Shown here: piece after piece, positions 57,625 to 64,000 of the stretch | Numbering within the stretch: position 1 is the first letter of the stretch | How the letters are laid out: each line of letters begins with the position of its first letter | Source: an uncultured delta proteobacterium | GTDB taxonomy: Bacteria; Desulfobacterota; Syntrophorhabdia; Syntrophorhabdales; WCHB1-27 | DNA: 64,000 nucleotides | Assembly (NCBI GenBank): GCA_963810935.1 | Contig: CAWEPK010000001.1 | Span: forward strand, 1-64,000 | Direction: 5' to 3' | The notes under the pieces: generated by a model | The model's input: the letters and a program-made list of their open reading frames with translations, nothing else | Told to the model about the DNA's origin: nothing | Databases searched by the model: none | Translations under genes and position numbers: made by a program

Positions 57625-58395
57625 CTATCTCCCCACTATCCCCGTCCATATAAGCTGGATGCCGGAAAGAAAAAGGATCGAGTAGACCAGGCGCATGAAC
57701 CAGACCTCGCTCACGCGGCGGTTGAGCCAGACGCCGAGCTTTACCCCGATTATGCAGAAGGGCGCGAGCAGGACGATGGTGCCGATGCTGCTGGCCTTCA
57801 GCAGCCCGAGCATGCTGTAAGGGACCAGCTTCACGGCATTGGTTACTGCGAAAAATATGGCGGTCGTCCCGACATAGATATGCTTGGGGAACCGTTGGGG
57901 CAGCAGGTAGACCGCAAGCGGCGGGCCGCCGGCGTGCGAGATCGTGGAAGTGAAACCCGTAAGTGTGCCCATACCGACGCCTTCCAGGACGCCGGGGGCA
58001 TGCTTGATCTTTCCGAAGACATACTCCCTTGCTACCTGAAAGATCACGAACAGCAGGGCTATCGTGCCGATGCCTATCCGCAGCACATCATCCTTTCCAG
58101 TAAAGGAGCGGAAGAAGAGGCTACCGGCGAAGATGCCGATAAGGGCGCCCGGAATGAGGACCCTCATGCTCTTCGAATCGAAGTCCCTTCTGTAATAGAA
58201 AAGGGCCAGGATATCGGTGAAGATCAAAAGCGGCAGCAGTATCGCGGCCGCCTCGGCCACCGTTATGGTGAGGGCGACGAGCGGTGTTGCCAGCGTGCCT
58301 ACGCCTCCTGCAAACCCCGCTTTGGAGATGCCGAGAAGGAGCACTGCTGTAATGGCGGCCGCCCAAAAGGCGGCCGGGTAATGGGTAGGGAACAT
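57625..58395 (-). CDS. TauE/SafE (sulfite exporter) family membrane protein
   Basis: GISKAGFAGG, HAGGPP, multiple TMs. Confidence 0.88.
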   Translation of the reverse strand: MFPTHYPAAFWAAAITAVLLLGISKAGFAGGVGTLATPLVALTITVAEAAAILLPLLIFTDILALFYYRRDFDSKSMRVLIPGALIGIFAGSLFFRSFTGKDDVLRIGIGTIALLFVIFQVAREYVFGKIKHAPGVLEGVGMGTLTGFTSTISHAGGPPLAVYLLPQRFPKHIYVGTTAIFFAVTNAVKLVPYSMLGLLKASSIGTIVLLAPFCIIGVKLGVWLNRRVSEVWFMRLVYSILFLSGIQLIWTGIVGR

Positions 58396-58622
58396 GTAAT
58401 CTCCTTTTTCTCGTCATGCCCCGGACCGAAAGCCCGTTACGAAAGGCCGGGGCGGCAACCCCGATTGTAACATCAGACACGCTGTACGGGCGAGAAAAAT
58501 CGATGGTGGCTTGCGCAATACGCTTGCCCTTTGCACAAACCGGCAATGATATTGCGGATAGGGCGTGTGTTGGTATAAAATAGAGGCTCGTCAAGTACCG
58601 CCAAAGGACCGAGGATACGGAT

Positions 58623-59882
58623 ATGAACTATTTCAATTACAGGAGCGGTGTGCTCCACGCGGAAGACGTTCCTTTAGAAAAGATCGCGGCGAAGGTCGGC
58701 ACGCCCTTCTACGTTTACAGCTACGGCACGCTGGAGCGACATTTCCTCGTGTTCGACCGTGCCTTCAAAAAGATACCCCATATAACCTGCTATTCGTGCA
58801 AGGCCAACACGAGCATGGCGCTGCTCAAAACGGTGGCGCGGCTGGGCGGCGGCGGCGACATCGTGTCGGGCGGCGAGCTGTACAGGGCGCTGCGGGCATC
58901 GATACCGGCCGCCAAAATTGTCTTTTCCGGTGTCGGCAAGTCGCCTGAAGAGATTGCCTATGCCGTGAAGTCGGGTATCGCTATGATAAACGTTGAATCG
59001 GAAGGGGAGCTTGCCGCAATAGCGGACGCCGGGAAAAAGCTGGGCAAAAAAGTCCCCGTCTCTATAAGGGTCAACCCGGAGATAGACGCAGGGACGCACC
59101 CGTATATCACGACGGGGCTGCGGAAAAACAAGTTCGGGCTCTTGTGGCCCGACGCGCGGCGCCTGTACGGCGAGATAAAGAAGTCAAGCCACCTTGCCCC
59201 TGTCGGCATATCCTCGCACATCGGCTCACAGATAGTCGAGATACCGCCGTTCGTCGACGCTGTCCGGTCCCTGAAAGGGATGGTCCGCGAGCTGGCCGGC
59301 TCCGGCATTAAGCTGCGCTACATGGACATCGGGGGCGGTTTGGGTATCACTTACAAGGACGAAACCCCGCCCCGCCCGGAGGAATACGCCGGTGCCGTAG
59401 AGGCAGAGCTGAAGGGCATGGGCCTGACCCTCGTGCTGGAGCCCGGCAGGGTGATTGTAGGGAACGCGGGTATCTTCGTAGCGAAGCTCCTTTACGTGAA
59501 GGCCGCGCCCAACAAGACCTTTTACGTGGTTGACGGGGCCATGAACGACCTCGTGCGCCCGGCTTTTTACGACGCCTACCACGAGATCCTGCCCGTGGTG
59601 CAGACGAACGCCAAAATGCAGAAAGTCGACGTGGTGGGGCCGGTCTGCGAATCGGGCGATTTCTTCGCCAAAGGAAGAAAAGTCGCGGCGATGGCGCCGG
59701 GTGCGCTTATTGCAATCATGAGCGCAGGCGCTTATGGTTTCTCTATGTCTTCGAATTACAATTCGAGGCCGAGAGTTGCCGAGGTGCTCGTGAGAGGCGA
59801 AGAGTTTTTCGTTATCAGGAAAAGAGAGAAGTATGGGGACCTGGTAGCCGGCGAGGCGATCCCTGAGTTCCTGGAGGGGTAG
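58623..59882 (+). CDS. lysA: Diaminopimelate decarboxylase
   Basis: YSCKAN, DIVSGGEL, HIGSQ, EPGR, GPVCESGD, AGAYG.SMSSNYN. Confidence 0.97.
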   Translation: MNYFNYRSGVLHAEDVPLEKIAAKVGTPFYVYSYGTLERHFLVFDRAFKKIPHITCYSCKANTSMALLKTVARLGGGGDIVSGGELYRALRASIPAAKIVFSGVGKSPEEIAYAVKSGIAMINVESEGELAAIADAGKKLGKKVPVSIRVNPEIDAGTHPYITTGLRKNKFGLLWPDARRLYGEIKKSSHLAPVGISSHIGSQIVEIPPFVDAVRSLKGMVRELAGSGIKLRYMDIGGGLGITYKDETPPRPEEYAGAVEAELKGMGLTLVLEPGRVIVGNAGIFVAKLLYVKAAPNKTFYVVDGAMNDLVRPAFYDAYHEILPVVQTNAKMQKVDVVGPVCESGDFFAKGRKVAAMAPGALIAIMSAGAYGFSMSSNYNSRPRVAEVLVRGEEFFVIRKREKYGDLVAGEAIPEFLEG

Positions 59883-59883
59883 G

Positions 59884-60696
59884 ATGGATTCTCTTCGGTT
59901 CTTCAAGATGAGTGCCAGCGGCAACGATTTCATCATTATAGACAACCGGGAAGGCGTTGTGGAAGCTGCGTTCCCGGATGTGGCCGATCTGGTGCGCAAG
60001 GTCTGCCGCAGGCGCCATTCCGTCGGGGCCGACGGCCTGATATTGATAGAGAAATCGGATGTCCTCGATTTCGTCTGGCGGTTCTATAACGCGGACGGCT
60101 CGGAGGCGGAGATGTGCGGGAACGGCGGCAGGTGCGCGGCCAGGTTCGCGCACCTGTTGGGGATCGCAGGCAGCCGCCTCTCCTTCGGCACGCTTGCCGG
60201 CACGATGAAAGCGGAGGTGCGGCCCGACGGGAAAGTGAAGCTGCAGCTCACAAAACCAAAGGACCTGAAGCTCGACTACCCCATCGACCTCGGTACGAAA
60301 GAGCTTTTCGTCAGCAGCGTCGATACGGGCGTGCCCCATGCAGTGCTTTTGACGGACGTGGAGCTTGCCCCCGTGGAGGAGCTGGGCCGGGCGATACGCT
60401 ACCACAGGGCGTTCTCGCCGAAGGGGACCAACGTAGACTTCGTCCAGGTCGTAGACACGAAGAACGTGAGGATCAGAACGTACGAGCGCGGCGTGGAGGG
60501 AGAGACCTACGCGTGCGGGACCGGATGCGTGGCAGCGGGCGTCATACTGCACGAGAAGGGGCTCGTCGAAAGCAAGGTCAATCTCCTGACCAAAGGCGGC
60601 GAGGGCTTGCGCGTCTACGTCGGCGACGAGGTGTACCTGGAAGGCAGCGTCAGGATTATATATGCAGGGACGCTCTGGCCTGAGGCCGTGGAATAA
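59884..60696 (+). CDS. dapF: Diaminopimelate epimerase
   Basis: GNDF, NADGSEAEMCGNG, ERGVEGETYACGTG. Confidence 0.97.
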   Translation: MDSLRFFKMSASGNDFIIIDNREGVVEAAFPDVADLVRKVCRRRHSVGADGLILIEKSDVLDFVWRFYNADGSEAEMCGNGGRCAARFAHLLGIAGSRLSFGTLAGTMKAEVRPDGKVKLQLTKPKDLKLDYPIDLGTKELFVSSVDTGVPHAVLLTDVELAPVEELGRAIRYHRAFSPKGTNVDFVQVVDTKNVRIRTYERGVEGETYACGTGCVAAGVILHEKGLVESKVNLLTKGGEGLRVYVGDEVYLEGSVRIIYAGTLWPEAVE

Positions 60697-60945
60697 GGAA
60701 CGGGACCGGTTGACTGCCTCTTCCTTTTTATGAGGGGGTGGCTCCGCGAGCCTTGCTCGTGGAGGGGGCGACGCTAGCCCCAGTAATTGCAGGGACGCTC
60801 TGGCCTGAGGCCGTGGAATAAGGAACGGGACCGGTTGACTGCCTCTTCCTTTTTATGAGGGGGTGGCTCCACGGGCTTCGCTCGTGGAGGGGGCGACGCT
60901 AGCCCCGGTAATTGCAGGGACGCTCTGGCCTGAGGCCGTGGAATA
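60663..60945 (+). repeat. 125-bp tandem repeat (2 full units + 33-bp partial): dapF 3' end plus REP-like element
   Basis: TGCAGGGACGCTCTGGCCTGAGGCCGTGGAATA starts at 60663, 60788 and 60913; the two 92-bp intervening segments are near-identical. Confidence 0.93.
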
Positions 60946-60973
60946 GAAAGCAGATGAAGCAGGAAGGAGGCCG

Positions 60974-61858
60974 ATGAACCTGAAAGGAGTCTTTACGGCG
61001 CTTGTTACGCCGTTCAAGTATGGTGAGCTTGACGAAGAGGCCCTGAAGGGGCTGATCGATTTTCAGGTGAGGGCAGGCGTGGACGGCATCTCCCCCTGCG
61101 GGACTACGGGCGAGACCTCCACGCTCTCATACGAAGAGCACGAGAGGGTGATCTTCCTTACCGTCAAGTGGGCGGGCGACGTCCCCGTCATGGCGGGAAC
61201 GGGCTCTAACAGCACGAAAGAGACCGTTGAGCTTACGCAGATAGCGAAGGACTTGGGGGCATCGGCCGCACTCGTCGTTGCGCCGTACTATAACCGGCCT
61301 ACGCAGGAGGGTTTGTACCTGCATTTCAAAAAGGTGGCCGAAGAGGTCGATATACCCCTTGTGCTTTACAACATACCGGGCAGGACAGGCGTCAACATGC
61401 TGCCGGAGCTGGTGGCGCGCCTGGCGCAGATACCCGGCATAGCGGGCATCAAGGAAGCCTCCGGCTCCGTTCAGCAGGCGGCCGATGTCTACCGGCTTAC
61501 CGGCGGCAAGTTTCCCATACTTTCAGGGGACGACAACCTGCTGCTGCCTTTGATGTCCGTCGGGGCATCTGGCGTTATCTCGGTCGTATCGAATATCCTG
61601 CCCGAGCGGATGTTGGAGCTTGTCCGGGCCTTGCTCGAGGAGAACGACAGGGAAAAGGCGCTGGACCTCCACGCCGGGCTTATGCCGCTCTTCAATGCGA
61701 TGTTTATCGAGACGAACCCCGTGCCTGTCAAGACGGCGCTTTACCATATGGGCATGATCGAAAAAGACGTCCGCCTGCCGCTTTGCGAATTGTCCGGCAA
61801 GAGCAGCGATTTCTTAAAAGAAGTGCTGAAAGAATACGGTCTCTTTCGCAGGGAATAG
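60974..61858 (+). CDS. dapA: 4-hydroxy-tetrahydrodipicolinate synthase
   Basis: CGTTGE, PYYNRPTQEG, LYNIPGRT, GIKEASG, ETNPVPVK. Confidence 0.97.
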   Translation: MNLKGVFTALVTPFKYGELDEEALKGLIDFQVRAGVDGISPCGTTGETSTLSYEEHERVIFLTVKWAGDVPVMAGTGSNSTKETVELTQIAKDLGASAALVVAPYYNRPTQEGLYLHFKKVAEEVDIPLVLYNIPGRTGVNMLPELVARLAQIPGIAGIKEASGSVQQAADVYRLTGGKFPILSGDDNLLLPLMSVGASGVISVVSNILPERMLELVRALLEENDREKALDLHAGLMPLFNAMFIETNPVPVKTALYHMGMIEKDVRLPLCELSGKSSDFLKEVLKEYGLFRRE

Positions 61859-61876
61859 CACGGGGGAGGGGGCGCG

Positions 61877-62668
61877 ATGATAAAACTGATCGTCACCGGG
61901 GCCTGCGGCCGGATGGGCAGCGCGATCCTCAGGCTGGCAGCGGCCGACCGGGACTTCCTGGTAACGCACGTTATCGAGACGGCGATGCACCCGCTCATAG
62001 GCGGCAAGATCGACGTCCCGGACACCCTGGGTGCCTCCTTCCAGGTGGAAGACAGCCTGGCGCGGGTAATTGACGACTGTGACGCGGTAATCGACTTCAC
62101 TAACCCGGAGACGTCCCTTTTTAATTTCCAGCTCTGCGCTGAGAATGGCAGGGCAATCGTCATCGGCACGACGGGTATCCCCGCAGGCAGCCTTTCCGAG
62201 ATGCAGGGCACGAAGGGGGCAAAGGCAGTTATCTCGCCGAACATGAGCATCGGCGTCAACGTGCTTTTCACGCTCGCCGAGAAGGCGGCGGCAGTCCTCG
62301 CGGCAGAATACGACGCCGAGATCCTGGAGATGCACCACAAGTGGAAGAAGGACGCTCCGAGCGGGACGGCCGTGAAGCTGAAGGAGATCGTCAAGGGGGC
62401 CTGTCCGGGCCGCGCCTGGGTCGAGGTTGCCGGCAGGCAGGGCATGGTCGGCGAGCGCGGTAAAGACGAGATCGGCATATTGAGCGTCCGGGCCGGCGAC
62501 ACAATCGGCGAGCACACGGTCCTTTTCGCCGGGACCGGCGAGAGGTTGGAGATTACGCACCGCGCTTACTCAAGGGACAATTTCGCGCGCGGCGCCCTGG
62601 AGGCAGCCCGCTGGCTGGTCCGCCAGAAAAACGGCGTCTACGATATGCGGAACGTGCTGGGCCTCTAA
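61877..62668 (+). CDS. dapB: 4-hydroxy-tetrahydrodipicolinate reductase
   Basis: GACGRMG, IDFT, IGTTG, EMHHKWKKDAPSGTA. Confidence 0.97.
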   Translation: MIKLIVTGACGRMGSAILRLAAADRDFLVTHVIETAMHPLIGGKIDVPDTLGASFQVEDSLARVIDDCDAVIDFTNPETSLFNFQLCAENGRAIVIGTTGIPAGSLSEMQGTKGAKAVISPNMSIGVNVLFTLAEKAAAVLAAEYDAEILEMHHKWKKDAPSGTAVKLKEIVKGACPGRAWVEVAGRQGMVGERGKDEIGILSVRAGDTIGEHTVLFAGTGERLEITHRAYSRDNFARGALEAARWLVRQKNGVYDMRNVLGL

Positions 62669-62852
62669 AAACCGCGCGAAAGAAACAATTACTCACCTCC
62701 TTTTTTGTTTGCCCCATCTTTTCGCAGCTTGAAGTGATCGGTGCCGGATGATACACTAAAACCGAACTAAGGAAGTTTAAACGGACCTTTCGAAGAAGCG
62801 CCCATGGCCCGGCCGCGCTGGGCGTGACGCAGGCGACATCAAGGAGCAAAGC

Positions 62853-64000
62853 TTGTTCGGCGGATCTCAGCTTATAGAGCCGGTATACATGGTGGTCCTG
62901 ACCGGGGGTCCGTGTTCGGGGAAAAGCTCCTCCCTCGCGTACCTCACGGAAAAACTGACCGACAGCGGCTTCATGGTCTTCGTCATACCGGAGACGGCTA
63001 CCCTTATAACGGGCAACGGCATCGACAGGCGAAAGATGGACAGGCCAAGGCAGGTGCTGGTGTACGAGGAGGCGATCCTCGACATGCAGCTTTCCTTCGA
63101 AGAGACCTACAGGGAGGCCGTCACCAGGATATTCCCTGAGAAAAAGAAGGTCCTGCTCCTCGACCGGGGCGTCATAGACATAAAGGCGTTTATGCCCCAT
63201 GAGGAGTTCTATGCCATATTGAAGCGCAAGGGCCTTAGGGAAGCGCAGCTTCGCGACCGTTACCACGGGGTCGTCCATCTCGTCACGGCGGCAGACGGGG
63301 CCAGGGAGCACTACACCGGCGAGAACAATCAGGCCAGGATCGAGACCCCGGAAGAGGCCATCGTTATAGACCACAGGATACGCGAGAGCTGGCTCGGCCA
63401 TCCCCGGTTCAGGCTCATCGATAACCGGACGGACTTCGAAGGCAAGATGCACCGTACCTTCTCGGCCATCTCGCAGCTTCTGGGGATACCCGCCGTACGC
63501 GACGAGCGGGAGAGGTACGTCATCAAGAGCATAGAATGGGAAGAGCTGCCCACCCATCGCACCATAGAAATAGAGCAGGTTTGTCTGAAGTCGCAAAGCC
63601 GTGATGAAGAGATATGGATCAAAAGAAGGGGCCAGGACGGCTCCTACCTCTATTTCCTCACCAGGACCAGGACCGGGGGCGGGCGCGTCGAGGAGGAGGA
63701 GCTGATAACGGAGCAGCAGTATTCGAACCTCAAAAGGCTGAAAGAGCCCGGCACGGAAGCACTGGTCAAGGACCGGACCTCCTTTTTCTGGAACGGCCGG
63801 CATTTCGATATCGACAGGTACCGGGACAGACACGAAGGGCTCTCGATGGTAGAAGTGGAAGCCGGTGCGTCGCCCGGCCAGGACGTGCCCAAAGCGGCAG
63901 CAGACGCGGACGCAACCTTGCCGCCCTTCATATCCGTGCAGAAAGCCGTTACGAACAACCCGCGCTACGACGAGCGCCGCATGGCGGCCAGGAAGAGCAA
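62853..64000 (+). CDS. AAA_28/NadR-like P-loop NTPase fused to a CYTH-like domain; partial
   Basis: Manual translation: TTG start after AAGGAG; VLTGGPCSGKSS, IPETAT, LLDRG, VHLVTAADGA, ERERYVI, MVEVE; open to the window end. Confidence 0.8.
   Translation, partial: MFGGSQLIEPVYMVVLTGGPCSGKSSSLAYLTEKLTDSGFMVFVIPETATLITGNGIDRRKMDRPRQVLVYEEAILDMQLSFEETYREAVTRIFPEKKKVLLLDRGVIDIKAFMPHEEFYAILKRKGLREAQLRDRYHGVVHLVTAADGAREHYTGENNQARIETPEEAIVIDHRIRESWLGHPRFRLIDNRTDFEGKMHRTFSAISQLLGIPAVRDERERYVIKSIEWEELPTHRTIEIEQVCLKSQSRDEEIWIKRRGQDGSYLYFLTRTRTGGGRVEEEELITEQQYSNLKRLKEPGTEALVKDRTSFFWNGRHFDIDRYRDRHEGLSMVEVEAGASPGQDVPKAAADADATLPPFISVQKAVTNNPRYDERRMAARKS

Noticed and set aside
60663..60945. CRISPR array (three 33-bp direct repeats)
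   Set aside because: The spacers are 92 bp and near-identical, the repeat is dapF coding sequence, and no cas genes are present.
1..64000. tRNA, rRNA, intact IS elements, integrases or defence systems
   Set aside because: None were recognised by eye; a tRNAscan/Infernal/ISEScan run would be needed to exclude them formally.

Overview
High-GC chromosomal window from an anaerobic Gram-negative bacterium. The gene set suggests a Desulfobacterota, possibly a Syntrophorhabdus-like syntroph (inference). In order it holds: (1) a minus-strand hdrA-mvhD-nuoE-nuoF-like electron-bifurcation operon (BamE/F/G/H-like) with Cys at positions that are often Sec in homologues; (2) hemA/hemC/ccsA, a cytochrome b, a 13-heme cytochrome and a tetraheme c3, divergent from a Tat-exported Mo/W-bis-PGD enzyme, an Fe-S subunit and a TorD chaperone; (3) glgX and an ftsB-led LPS-core operon containing two radical SAM genes; (4) a housekeeping run from rplU to asmA, including a DksA with a long Ala/Lys/Pro extension; (5) a c-di-GMP-I riboswitch, a PEP-CTERM protein and an RHH-PilZ regulator; (6) rubrerythrin, fprA, a decayed phage-like islet and a desaturase; (7) maf-yggS-argH, lysA-dapF-dapA-dapB and REP-like repeats. 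The main candidate for an undescribed system is the ~330-nt leader of the hdrA operon. It has a sigma70-like promoter, a perfect SD, a 10-codon uORF ending in UGA followed by a SECIS-like hairpin, and mutually exclusive pairings, which fits a selenocysteine-sensing attenuator controlling a Cys-backup operon. Four single-base frameshifts are probably assembly errors. All calls are from manual reading; no searches were run.
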